Part shown: piece after piece, positions 36,113 to 45,177 of the stretch
How the letters are laid out: each line of letters starts with the position of its first letter
Numbering within the stretch: the stretch's first letter is position 1
IMG/VR virus record: IMGVR_UViG_3300015370_000015
Span: 1-63,828 of that record
Strand: one strand, 5' to 3'
Length of the DNA: 63,828 nt
Source: a virus
Lineage: Duplodnaviria; Caudoviricetes
Made by a program: the position numbers and the translations under genes
Notes under the pieces: model-generated
What the model was told of the DNA's origin: nothing
Databases searched by the model: none
What the model saw: the letters and a program-made list of their open reading frames with translations, nothing else

Positions 36113-36950
36113 AAAAAAATTCAGCGCCTAGCGCAACCTCCATTTCTTGTTCATGCCCACATGCCTCACATGTAAAGTCTTGTCTCAAATTAACGGTTGG
36201 AACTACTTTTTCATACAAACCACGTAAGTAATATGAATCAAATGCTGGCATCATATCTACAAATTTTGAAATATAACCAGGCTCTCTATTACCATTAATA
36301 GAAACTGTAAACACTTTAATTTGATCTGTTTGCATAGATTCTGGTAGTTTCTTTTTGCGCTTTGTTTCAGTCAAATTAACCAAATGTTTCTCTTGCTTGC
36401 CATTAATTGGTTTGAATTCAAAAATCGCATTGCTTTTTGGCATAGTGGCCAAGAACGTATTGTTCGAAGACAATTGAACATCATATTCTTTATATGCATC
36501 TGCACCAATTACTTTTTGTGCTTCTCCTAAATCAACTTCTGTGTTCTGAGAAGTATTACAAGAAGGACACATGGCTTTTGCATTATATCCAGACCCATAT
36601 GCAGATATCCTAGCAGCCAATATTATAGCATTTCTATCACCTGATAGCATATTGGCTGGCGAAACACATTCATCTACTATCAACCTTTCCATCAATCTCT
36701 CAACAGCAATCCCCTTTTTAATCAATGTCTTGGAAGACAATATGTCTTCATCTTTTGCTGTCATAAACTTAATTTCAACCGTATCCTTATTGTGCAATGG
36801 ATGATCTTCTAAATAAAATGCACCTTTAGACGGCAATGCAACATGTTCTGTTGGAACTACAAAGTCAAATTCTTCTTTTTTGCTTATTTTTGCCGGGATT
36901 GGCAAATCTGGTTGGGAATGTGCGCCTAAACGCTCTTCACTGTTTCTCAT
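36099..36950 (-). CDS. baseplate hub assembly chaperone (T4 gp26-like)
   Basis: LPSKG.FY, MTAKDEDIL, GDRNAIILAARI.AYG, two CxxC motifs and a C-terminal FFWP. Confidence 0.8.
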   Translation of the reverse strand: MRNSEERLGAHSQPDLPIPAKISKKEEFDFVVPTEHVALPSKGAFYLEDHPLHNKDTVEIKFMTAKDEDILSSKTLIKKGIAVERLMERLIVDECVSPANMLSGDRNAIILAARISAYGSGYNAKAMCPSCNTSQNTEVDLGEAQKVIGADAYKEYDVQLSSNNTFLATMPKSNAIFEFKPINGKQEKHLVNLTETKRKKKLPESMQTDQIKVFTVSINGNREPGYISKFVDMMPAFDSYYLRGLYEKVVPTVNLRQDFTCEACGHEQEMEVALGAEFFWPKQ

Positions 36951-36965
36951 AATCTCCTCTTAGGA

Positions 36966-37466
36966 TTAATTTGTAAGGTTGGCCCAATCGTAACGTAGTG
37001 TTATTTCAATGTTTGTCAAGTTGTCCTGTTCGTAATCCAATTCACCAAATTTAACAGATTTAACCCAAGCATTATATAAAGTCCACTCTTCAACAATTTG
37101 TCCATCAGGATCAATTTGAACAATGCGCGGACTTCCTAGAACTTCAACAGCTTTTACCTTTGAGATAGTCTGTGTTTGCTCAGAATTGGTCGGAAAAATA
37201 TACCCAGATGTTCTAAGTTTTTTAATCATTTGCTCTGAAGCATCTGGGTCAACTGGATCAACTAAAGTTAGTGCTATTTCTTGCCATTCAACCCTGCCAG
37301 GATAATAAAACGTATGATTTAAATACTTATGTGTAGCTTCTGTAACAGCATACCCAGGCTTGCCAACTTTCTTTACAATCCAAGTTGGAATCTCATTTAT
37401 ATATAAAACCCACTTATTAGCTCTTTTTGGCTCTACTTTTGGGCTTGACCAAAATGCATCACTCAT
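36966..37466 (-). CDS. tail tube protein (gp19-like)
   Basis: EPKR.N.W, YYPGRVEW..I.LTL.DP, EEWTL.NAW.....GELDY and I..TLRYD.A. Follows the sheath gene. Confidence 0.88.
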   Translation of the reverse strand: MSDAFWSSPKVEPKRANKWVLYINEIPTWIVKKVGKPGYAVTEATHKYLNHTFYYPGRVEWQEIALTLVDPVDPDASEQMIKKLRTSGYIFPTNSEQTQTISKVKAVEVLGSPRIVQIDPDGQIVEEWTLYNAWVKSVKFGELDYEQDNLTNIEITLRYDWANLTN

Positions 37467-37533
37467 CGTTTAAAGCTCCTTAAAAACTACAACACATTAT
37501 GTATTAATTAGTTAATGTTCTCAAAAAATCCAT

Positions 37534-40380
37534 TTAATCCTCAAAACTAGCACCAGAATTCGTAATTGTAAAATCAATAGCAATATATTCAATTGCTTTT
37601 GTGGGCTTCAGTAAAATTTTAGCATACATAATATTGCGATCGATCAAATCAGCCGTTGTGGTTGTTTCATCTAAGATAACTTTAAAATCATCTAATCCAA
37701 ATCTAGTGCGAACATCAAACAAAAATGGTTCAACCACTCCCCTGAACCTATTCCATGTGGCTTGCACATTAGGCTCAAATAATAGCCGTGAAGCCATGTT
37801 GGAAATTTGCTTCTTAACATGGTTCATCAATCGACGTACATTAATTCTATCAAGTGCAGAAGGAGTTATTTGCAATGTCTTTTGCCCTAAAATAACAATT
37901 CCTTCAGCTGGAAAAGTTGCTATTGGATTAATATTTGCTTCATAAAGACGATCACGGTCTTTTACCATTAATCGTTCACGAACATTTATAACAGGGATTC
38001 CAGCAGCACCTTCAGTTAAACCACCTCTGGTGAAGCCAGCAACGGCAAACCATAACTCAGAATTTTTTTCAGCACTAGCAAAAGCTCCAAGCGCAACAAT
38101 AGAAGGTGGAACCCACAAAGATGCATCACTAATAGTGTCTCTAATTTGAACCCATGGATAGTAGGCACAACCATAACTTGTGTTCAGAACCCTATTTCTT
38201 AAATTTGTAATTGCACTTGAGACACTACCCATTGTTTCAGATAGACCCTCAAATCTTGGTTCATAATCACCATCTAAATCTAACACTGCCAACGAATCTG
38301 CTCTATCTTCGCAGACTTGCAAAATTTGCGATGTAAGTGGTTCATATGTAATACCAGGTGCAGCTATCATATTACATTCAATAGATTCTGGGTCTGAAAC
38401 AGAATCTATTGCTCTCTTAATTGTATTAAATACATAACTTGTTTTTTCTGTTTCAGTACCAACAAATTGTGAATTTCTAAATGGCTCAGCTTCTTTGATA
38501 TTTAAGCCTTCAAAACCACCAAACATTGGAGCAACGAACCTATCAAAATCCAAATCCAAAACAGCAGCCCAACTTGAACTTATAGCTGTTAATGAAGTAC
38601 CAGCGCGCCTTGAACCAGATGTATATGTTGCACCAACTGTTGAACCAGCTGTAAGTGGCACTAAATCATCTAATGTAAATAACCAAGGATATTCAGTTGT
38701 AATACCATCAGCAATAAATGAATCAATACCAGCAGGTTTGCTCCTAGTTAAATCTTTATAACTATCTTCAAACCTAGTAGACGAACCATTTCTTGAAGTA
38801 TCAATACCAAAATATGCTTTAGTTGGATCAGCAATGTTGCCTTCAAAACTAGAACCTCTAAGTGCAATAGAAGGAAATTCAAATGACCCAGTAAATGCAC
38901 CTTCAGTATGGACAAATTGTCCACTGATTGTCGGCCCATATGGCAAATTGCCAGATGCTTCAATAAATGAATTATTGAAAGAATCTAAAGTTTGAGCACC
39001 AAATGTTCCAGGAACAGTAGTTGAGCCAGAAAAAATCGAGAAACCTTTAAATCTAGGTGGGCCATATACGCCAAAAGGTAAATATCTAGGATTTGTAAGG
39101 CCAGCATCAACATCAGTATTCATTTCTACTCTAATGAATTTTGATAAATTTTGATAATTACCAAACCAAACATAACGTCTTTGTCTATCATCCCAAGTAC
39201 TATATGTATCACCAATTTTCTTAGCTATATAATTTGGCGAATTGGGATTCAAATTACAGTTTGAAAATCGCTCAACAACCTTAATAGCGTTATCACTATC
39301 TGACGCCATACGAACAACAACAGAAAATGTACCATATTCATTATCTTCAGAAGTACTTACATTTAAATCTTGAATAGAAATCTTAAGATTGCCTTGTTCC
39401 CATTCGCCAGTATCAAGGGCAACGATTCTAAAAAGATTAGTCATGTTGCTAGGATTATAATCAGCGTAATTCGTTGACAAATCTTGCGAAAAAAACCATC
39501 CTGTTCGACAAGCTTGTGTTGCCATACGAAAATCAGAGCCTTTAACGCTTCCACTAGCTAAAGCAACAATATACCCAAAACATTTTGTGCTCAAATTGAC
39601 ATTAGATTCTAAATGGCGCTCAAACGTTTCACCAAGCCAATAATTTTTTAGTTGACTTGTATTGGTAATGGCAGTATTAGCTAATGTTGGATTAGTATTA
39701 AAAACTTTTCTGATATATAATTCAGAACTTGGACTAAAATTAAACCTCGTTCGCTCAACAACAACACCAGAAGAGTTTCTAACTTCACCAACAAATGTAC
39801 ATGTATTATCAGTAGATTCTATTAATGTTGCAGCTGAAGCAGTTGTATTAGAAGATGCTCTAATAGAGCCCGATAAAACAACAGCACCACTATCTAAATA
39901 AAAAACAGCAGCCAATGAACCAGTTGCATCAGAGTTGTCAGCCAATGAACCAGAATTGACAATAAAAAGACCAAACGCACCACCATTACTGCCAACGTCT
40001 AGCGCCTGGTCAGTTACTGTAGTTTGCCAACCAGCGTTTCCAGCTGTGACAGCATCTACATGTTCTGCGCCAAGTAAACGGACAAATGTACAAGGACTAC
40101 TATTTCTTAACCAAGCCTGTACAGCATAAGGACCATATGTTGGGGCAACACTATTCCCATTACGCCAAACATCCCCACCTTGACCACCAGGAACAGGATT
40201 CCCAAAAATTTCAACAAATTCTGAAAATGATTCTACTTTTACTGGTCTTAAGCCAGGCCCACGTTGAGAACGGCCAATTACTACAGGACCAACAGCATTA
40301 GAAACATTAGGTAATTGAGAATTGTCTATCTCATTAATAAAAATACCAGGTGATACAAATTTAAATTTCTTCTCTGACAT
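37534..40380 (-). CDS. contractile tail sheath protein (gp18-like)
   Basis: FVSPGIFINEID, YYPWV, WVPPS, WFAVAG..RG, INPIA.F...G....GQKTL, LDRINVRRL and KPTKAIEYI.IDF. Confidence 0.95.
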   Translation of the reverse strand: MSEKKFKFVSPGIFINEIDNSQLPNVSNAVGPVVIGRSQRGPGLRPVKVESFSEFVEIFGNPVPGGQGGDVWRNGNSVAPTYGPYAVQAWLRNSSPCTFVRLLGAEHVDAVTAGNAGWQTTVTDQALDVGSNGGAFGLFIVNSGSLADNSDATGSLAAVFYLDSGAVVLSGSIRASSNTTASAATLIESTDNTCTFVGEVRNSSGVVVERTRFNFSPSSELYIRKVFNTNPTLANTAITNTSQLKNYWLGETFERHLESNVNLSTKCFGYIVALASGSVKGSDFRMATQACRTGWFFSQDLSTNYADYNPSNMTNLFRIVALDTGEWEQGNLKISIQDLNVSTSEDNEYGTFSVVVRMASDSDNAIKVVERFSNCNLNPNSPNYIAKKIGDTYSTWDDRQRRYVWFGNYQNLSKFIRVEMNTDVDAGLTNPRYLPFGVYGPPRFKGFSIFSGSTTVPGTFGAQTLDSFNNSFIEASGNLPYGPTISGQFVHTEGAFTGSFEFPSIALRGSSFEGNIADPTKAYFGIDTSRNGSSTRFEDSYKDLTRSKPAGIDSFIADGITTEYPWLFTLDDLVPLTAGSTVGATYTSGSRRAGTSLTAISSSWAAVLDLDFDRFVAPMFGGFEGLNIKEAEPFRNSQFVGTETEKTSYVFNTIKRAIDSVSDPESIECNMIAAPGITYEPLTSQILQVCEDRADSLAVLDLDGDYEPRFEGLSETMGSVSSAITNLRNRVLNTSYGCAYYPWVQIRDTISDASLWVPPSIVALGAFASAEKNSELWFAVAGFTRGGLTEGAAGIPVINVRERLMVKDRDRLYEANINPIATFPAEGIVILGQKTLQITPSALDRINVRRLMNHVKKQISNMASRLLFEPNVQATWNRFRGVVEPFLFDVRTRFGLDDFKVILDETTTTADLIDRNIMYAKILLKPTKAIEYIAIDFTITNSGASFED

Positions 40381-40417
40381 TTAAAAATCTCCTTAGAATA
40401 GAAATTTCTTCTCTATT

Positions 40418-40425
40418 TAAATAGT
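40418..40425 (-). promoter_or_regulatory. putative late-promoter motif ACTATTTA upstream of the sheath gene
   Basis: Same ACTAnTTA motif, 38 nt upstream of the ATG. Confidence 0.55.
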
Positions 40426-40454
40426 TTATTTTATTTTCAAATCCCGAAATTATT

Positions 40455-41324
40455 TTATTCTATGTATTGACCACGTTTATCTATGTGGTCAAGAACATCA
40501 CCAAAAATAACATGCTCTCTTGGAATTTTTATCTCAACAGCGTTTTCGCGAATTACAATCTTGGGACTATCTTGATTCTTGTCTGCGCTTATTATATAAC
40601 CTAAAACATTTGTTGATATTTTAGTTGAATATTTTCTCTCTTCTTCTCCGATGGTTGCTATATTATTATCCAATGACCACTCTTCACCCATAAATGCTTC
40701 ATATCTATGATTTTCATGTGATATTGTAAAATAGTTTAATCCACCCGCAAAAGTTCCTATTTTTGCTAAAATATCATTCATTTGTTGTTGATATTCAGTA
40801 TTAATATTAATTTCATAAACTATATCTAAATAGATTGGTATTGGTATAGATACGGTTTGGTAAACAATTTTTTTGTTTTCTCTCGGGAAATTTGGTTGCC
40901 TAATCATGCTTTTCTGTGAATCAGCATTTGCAAAATTTGCTGTTTTATCTTGTTGGATTTGTCTAGCTATGGTAATTACTCCACCCTTTTCATCGTTAAC
41001 CGAATCCAAACCCGCATAAACAGTGCCCTTCTTATTCATTCGTTTAGCCAATGATTTACGTTCTATTGTCATAATTGGCAATATTAATTTTCCATTTTCA
41101 TCACGTATTCTATGATCATTTTTCATATGATAAGCTCTAGATTGTCCTGCCCATAAGATTGGAACTTCTTTAAACCCCTTATTTGTCTCAACATGAATAT
41201 TTAAATCATTGAGCCAGTTATAAAAAGCCCAATCAATGGTTTCAATTGTTGAAACACTAAATGAAATTTCTTTCAATAGAGGCTCACGTTCATCACTTGT
41301 TATGATTCTATTATATTTAACCAT
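40455..41324 (-). CDS. tail terminator / sheath stabilizer (gp15-like)
   Basis: Lies between the neck and sheath genes. Pattern VPI.W....R...LILP.M.I.R...P.P.Y.DI.YE....T.Y.QQMN.I. Confidence 0.65.
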   Translation of the reverse strand: MVKYNRIITSDEREPLLKEISFSVSTIETIDWAFYNWLNDLNIHVETNKGFKEVPILWAGQSRAYHMKNDHRIRDENGKLILPIMTIERKSLAKRMNKKGTVYAGLDSVNDEKGGVITIARQIQQDKTANFANADSQKSMIRQPNFPRENKKIVYQTVSIPIPIYLDIVYEININTEYQQQMNDILAKIGTFAGGLNYFTISHENHRYEAFMGEEWSLDNNIATIGEEERKYSTKISTNVLGYIISADKNQDSPKIVIRENAVEIKIPREHVIFGDVLDHIDKRGQYIE

Positions 41325-41338
41325 TTTTAAAACATATC

Positions 41339-41827
41339 TTACGATGCATCAAATAAACCTTCTCTGGCTCTAATGCATTGCGCAATAACCTCAAACTTGC
41401 TATCCACTTGTCCAAATAATCTTCTTGGAGAAGAAAGTGATACAATTTCAAAAAAAACATCACCATATTTCAAAAAATCCCCAATTGTCACTTCCAAATC
41501 TTGATCATCATTCAGCCGTCTTTTGTGAAAATTTACTGAAAGCAATCTTGTTTCGTCAATGCCCATTGCGCTTTCATATGAAACCTTTTCTTCACTATAC
41601 TTAACAAGCGCATATACCCTTATTGGCTTTAAGAAATTTTTTTCAATAGCTTCTCCATACAACATATGGAAATTCGTTGTTCTTCTATCTAAAGGGTAAT
41701 ATAAAATTTGTTGACCGATGATGCATTCTATTACTTCATCGTTTAATTGTTTTACTAAATCTCTTTCTTTTTCGCCCAAAAAAAGTGGTGGTGGCGGTGA
41801 ATCAGGTTGTTTCCATTCATTAGACAT
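41339..41827 (-). CDS. neck/head-closure protein (gp14-like)
   Basis: E.IE..IGQ.I.YY.......H.LYGEA..K.F..P pattern and synteny. Confidence 0.65.
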   Translation of the reverse strand: MSNEWKQPDSPPPPLFLGEKERDLVKQLNDEVIECIIGQQILYYPLDRRTTNFHMLYGEAIEKNFLKPIRVYALVKYSEEKVSYESAMGIDETRLLSVNFHKRRLNDDQDLEVTIGDFLKYGDVFFEIVSLSSPRRLFGQVDSKFEVIAQCIRAREGLFDAS

Positions 41828-41836
41828 AAATAATGA

Positions 41837-43099
41837 TTAACCTTTAAATATTACCATTGGTATTGATTTGTTGACTTTCTCAGCATTTTCAACCTTCGCA
41901 GCATCACGTTCAGCCATTGCGGCATAAGTCAATTCATCCAAAATAGTCTTAAATTCTTCACGCAACTTTTCCTGTTCATCTTTTGCTTGCGTGATCAATT
42001 CAGTACCATTTAAGGTAATGTTTTCTCCAGGTATTGGAATAGTGGCAAATTTGGAACGCACCAAACCCAACATTTCTTTACATAATGAGGTAGCATATCG
42101 TCTTATCCAATGCTTGCCTATCGAATTAATGTTTTCATAGGGTATATTTGAAAATGGCGCAGTTCCCAAATTTGCCACACCATTTACACCAGTGGTTCTA
42201 TCTTGGTCTTCTTCCCATGAGTCTCTTTGTATTGTGAATTCAAACCACATGCCATCTGGAGCAAATGTAGTAGGAGCCGGATAAATTAATAATTTGTTAT
42301 TGCGAATTTCATATGAATAATGTGAATATCTTGTATATAGGGCATCTTCAAACGCCATAGCTTGTAATTTATTTTGCCACACTGGTACGACTTCGAACGT
42401 GGAGTCATCAGCATATTGGCCATAACTACTCATATTACCAAGCACAGCCAATGTTCCATAATAACCAAAAAATCTCCACGTTGATTCAGGTGTTTTATAA
42501 TATATACGTTTTATCTGAACTTTCTTATTTCCAACCAACCCTGCATAATCAACACCACCAGCCAACGAAGAAGCTGACAATATCGTCTGTAAATCATATG
42601 CTTGCTGATAATGAACAAGACTGAAAGATGCTGAATAAACGGTTTCATGCCCACCAACACCACCACGACCAGCATTCTCACCAGCAAACTCATTTATTCT
42701 CTTAATATAATTAAATTGAGCTTTTGGATACAAAACTTCAACGTGCCCAGGTCCACTTGATTGGTCCCCATCATGATCAAATGAAGCAGTTGTATTACCA
42801 AGTATATCAGATAATATATTCTTGCCATGATGAATGTTCATCAAATATGAATATTCTAGCACAGCATTTTCATAAGCAATGTAAACATTTGCTGACGTAA
42901 GCTCAATATCCAATATGTTGCCGCCAAGCTTATAATATACTTCTGATACTTGACTTGCAGCGCCTGATAAAAACTCTACAGAATTAACATAGGTATCATA
43001 TACCAAAATAGTAGCTATATCAGATATATTACCAGTAGCTGGCAATACAATACTGCTAAGTTGTGATCTAGGCGATAATTCTACACAAGACATATCCAA
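41837..43099 (-). CDS. neck/head-tail adaptor protein (gp13-like)
   Basis: LGG..LDIELT, WIRRYA..LCKE.LG.VRSKF..IP.PG..ITLNG..L...A..E...LREE. Confidence 0.75.
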   Translation of the reverse strand: MDMSCVELSPRSQLSSIVLPATGNISDIATILVYDTYVNSVEFLSGAASQVSEVYYKLGGNILDIELTSANVYIAYENAVLEYSYLMNIHHGKNILSDILGNTTASFDHDGDQSSGPGHVEVLYPKAQFNYIKRINEFAGENAGRGGVGGHETVYSASFSLVHYQQAYDLQTILSASSLAGGVDYAGLVGNKKVQIKRIYYKTPESTWRFFGYYGTLAVLGNMSSYGQYADDSTFEVVPVWQNKLQAMAFEDALYTRYSHYSYEIRNNKLLIYPAPTTFAPDGMWFEFTIQRDSWEEDQDRTTGVNGVANLGTAPFSNIPYENINSIGKHWIRRYATSLCKEMLGLVRSKFATIPIPGENITLNGTELITQAKDEQEKLREEFKTILDELTYAAMAERDAAKVENAEKVNKSIPMVIFKG

Positions 43100-43143
43100 T
43101 TCTCCTCAAATTATAATTAGTTTACCAATTATTAAAAATTCTA

Positions 43144-43171
43144 TTGACAAAACGAAATAAACAACTATACT
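43144..43171 (+). promoter_or_regulatory. sigma70-type promoter of the plus-strand tRNA island
   Basis: TTGACA-16 nt-TATACT, 45 nt before tRNA-Ala. Confidence 0.7.
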
Positions 43172-43215
43172 TATAAGTAGAGTATTTAAGTGCCAGAGAA
43201 TAAAAATAATTAAAT

Positions 43216-43288
43216 GGGATTGTAGTTCAATTGGGAGAACACCTGGTTTGCAACCAGGAGGTAGCGGGTTCGAATCCCGTCAATTCCA
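43216..43288 (+). tRNA. tRNA-Ala(UGC)
   Basis: Acceptor GGGATTG/CAATTCC with the G3:U70 Ala determinant, anticodon arm CCTGG-TTTGCAA-CCAGG and T loop TTCGAAT. Confidence 0.93.
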
Positions 43289-43309
43289 TATTAAATCAAA
43301 AGGAGAAAC

Positions 43310-43399
43310 ATGGGCGATATAATTTTATCATTATTAATTATAGTGGCAGGGATAATATTCATTTTAATAAACATACGTTATAAAGGAGACAAAAAATGA
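43310..43399 (+). CDS. small membrane peptide (29 aa)
   Basis: AAGGAG RBS, MGDIILSLLIIVAGIIFILINIRYKGDKK, and an ATGA overlap with the next gene. Confidence 0.6.
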   Translation: MGDIILSLLIIVAGIIFILINIRYKGDKK

Positions 43400-43689
43400 C
43401 GAACGAACTAATACAATATATTCGCGATGATTGCAGCAGACCATTTGGAGTACTTGTGGCTCAAAAGCAATCAAATGATGCTGTGGTGATTGGTTGGAGC
43501 ATCTGCAATGAAAAATATGATTTTTTCTCAAAGGAACTTGGAAAAGAAATTGCTAGAGGTAGAATTAAAGCTTGGCGCAGCAATACTCGTATTCCATCTA
43601 AAATTGCTTTTAATATTGTTGGGTTTGCCTCTAGAGTCAAAAAATATTTCAGAGCCAAAGAAGTACATATTTATGGCGCAAATCAATAA
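43396..43689 (+). CDS. hypothetical phage protein
   Basis: 97 aa with an AAGGAG RBS. IGWS.C...D.F.K..G..IA.GR pattern. Confidence 0.75.
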   Translation: MTNELIQYIRDDCSRPFGVLVAQKQSNDAVVIGWSICNEKYDFFSKELGKEIARGRIKAWRSNTRIPSKIAFNIVGFASRVKKYFRAKEVHIYGANQ

Positions 43690-43735
43690 AGTATTGTCTG
43701 TCTTGCGGCATTGAATTGTCTAAAAAATAATAAAA

Positions 43736-43820
43736 GGAGAAGTGGCCGAGTGGTTTAAGGCAACGGTCTTGAAAACCGTCGAGTGTAAAAGCTCCATAGG
43801 TTCGAATCCTATCTTCTCCG
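43736..43820 (+). tRNA. tRNA-Ser(UGA)
   Basis: Acceptor GGAGAAG/CTTCTCC with G73, anticodon arm ACGGT-CTTGAAA-ACCGT, long variable arm and TTCGAAT. Confidence 0.93.
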
Positions 43821-44369
43821 CTTATACAATTGCTCTCTAAACATCCCAACCAAAGAGCGTCTAACTTCTTTGTTCTCTTTCTTTTTATACAGCAAATCAA
43901 TGAATTTATTGATATCGGCTTTTTCCAATCCCGAACTTGACAATGGTTCTATTAGTGTATAATTACCAGAAAATGTTTCATAAATGATTACACTTGGTTC
44001 ATGTATTGTAGCACACTTAGCTAATAAACTCCATATTTCTTCAGTTTGATTCGCCCATTGTTCTTTTCCCACCATTTTTGGGTCAGGACCTTCGTAATTA
44101 AAAGCATTTGCAACCCTAATCCACAAGTGTTCATTTATTAAATATGCAATATCGTCCTCATGTTTACTTTTACTTTTCCAATCTGGATCATATTGAGAAA
44201 GCCAATCTTTCGCAAATGTATAATGATCTGTATATCCAGATAATTCGCCTTTACCCATTTCTAAAAATGTACCGTGTTCGTCAATCCATCCTGCCGAATA
44301 ACTATCTTGAGAACAAAGGCTGGCTTCACTAAGAATGTATTTTTCCCAAAACTCAAAAAGTCGTTTCAT
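43809..44369 (-). CDS. hypothetical protein (possible head internal protein)
   Basis: 186 aa with a GAGGAG RBS. N-terminus MKRLFEFWEKYILSE/A. The stop overlaps the 3' end of tRNA-Ser on the opposite strand. Confidence 0.65.
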   Translation of the reverse strand: MKRLFEFWEKYILSEASLCSQDSYSAGWIDEHGTFLEMGKGELSGYTDHYTFAKDWLSQYDPDWKSKSKHEDDIAYLINEHLWIRVANAFNYEGPDPKMVGKEQWANQTEEIWSLLAKCATIHEPSVIIYETFSGNYTLIEPLSSSGLEKADINKFIDLLYKKKENKEVRRSLVGMFREQLYKRRR

Positions 44370-44439
44370 CTATTTATATTCTCCTCTTAAAACAAAACTA
44401 ACTATAAATAGAATAATAAAACGGAAAATAAAGAAAATA

Positions 44440-45024
44440 TCAAATATGCACCCACGTTTTTCTGTTAATGATATCTTTGATTGTCGAGTATGAAATACTA
44501 AATTCGTTGGCCAATTGTTTTCTTGAGTGTTTACCTAAATTAAATAAAGTTCTTATTTGCATAACTTGAGATTTGCTTAGCTTTGATTGAGAATTGTTTT
44601 CACCAGTGCTAAACTCTGCCAACTTCTTTCTAACTGCTTTCGAAAGCTTTCTTCCATACATGGGATTATTTTTGCCAGTATTCAACTTGGATAATTTTTC
44701 TTTTGTTTCGTCATGGGTTATTGCTTTGTAGTTTTTATCATAGTTGATAAAATTATATCCCTGCTTTCTATCGCAAGTATTATATTTTTTTATATAAAAA
44801 GCTTCCTTTTCAACTAATACATCAACATTTGATACTTTTTCTAATACAGAAAACTTGAAAAACTCTTTCCCATATTTATTATATGCATTCTGCAAATGTT
44901 TATTTATGTGCTTATTTTTCTTAAGCATATTTTTATGTTTTTGCCATCTTTTTTTAATGTTCTTTGACATTCCTATATATTTTTTATTATTTACCGCATT
45001 TTTAATCTCATAAATACCAGGCAT
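44440..45024 (-). CDS. free-standing GIY-YIG homing endonuclease with NUMOD3-like and HTH domains
   Basis: GIYEI.N.VN.KKYIG.S.NI..RW..H, then GYN, ETKEKLS...TG.NNPMYG repeats and a C-terminal HTH. Confidence 0.9.
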   Translation of the reverse strand: MPGIYEIKNAVNNKKYIGMSKNIKKRWQKHKNMLKKNKHINKHLQNAYNKYGKEFFKFSVLEKVSNVDVLVEKEAFYIKKYNTCDRKQGYNFINYDKNYKAITHDETKEKLSKLNTGKNNPMYGRKLSKAVRKKLAEFSTGENNSQSKLSKSQVMQIRTLFNLGKHSRKQLANEFSISYSTIKDIINRKTWVHI

Positions 45025-45061
45025 AATATCTCCTTTGGTTAATTAAATAATGTTCATTAAC

Positions 45062-45090
45062 AATTTAACCACTATGATAAAATATGTCAA
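45062..45090 (-). promoter_or_regulatory. sigma70-type promoter of the GIY-YIG gene
   Basis: Minus strand TTGACA-17 nt-TAAATT. Confidence 0.55.
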
Positions 45091-45111
45091 TAATTATTTT
45101 AGATTTAAATA

Positions 45112-45143
45112 AATATGACCCTTGTAAAAACAAAGGTCATATT
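45112..45143 (-). terminator. hairpin terminator after the major capsid gene
   Basis: AATATGACC...GGTCATATT inverted repeat, followed by a T-rich run on the minus strand. Confidence 0.65.
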
Positions 45144-45177
45144 GCCCCAAATTTATTTAATTATTTGGATTGATTAA

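Noticed and set aside
43649-43900. 83-aa minus-strand ORF
   Set aside because: It is the antisense reading of tRNA-Ser.
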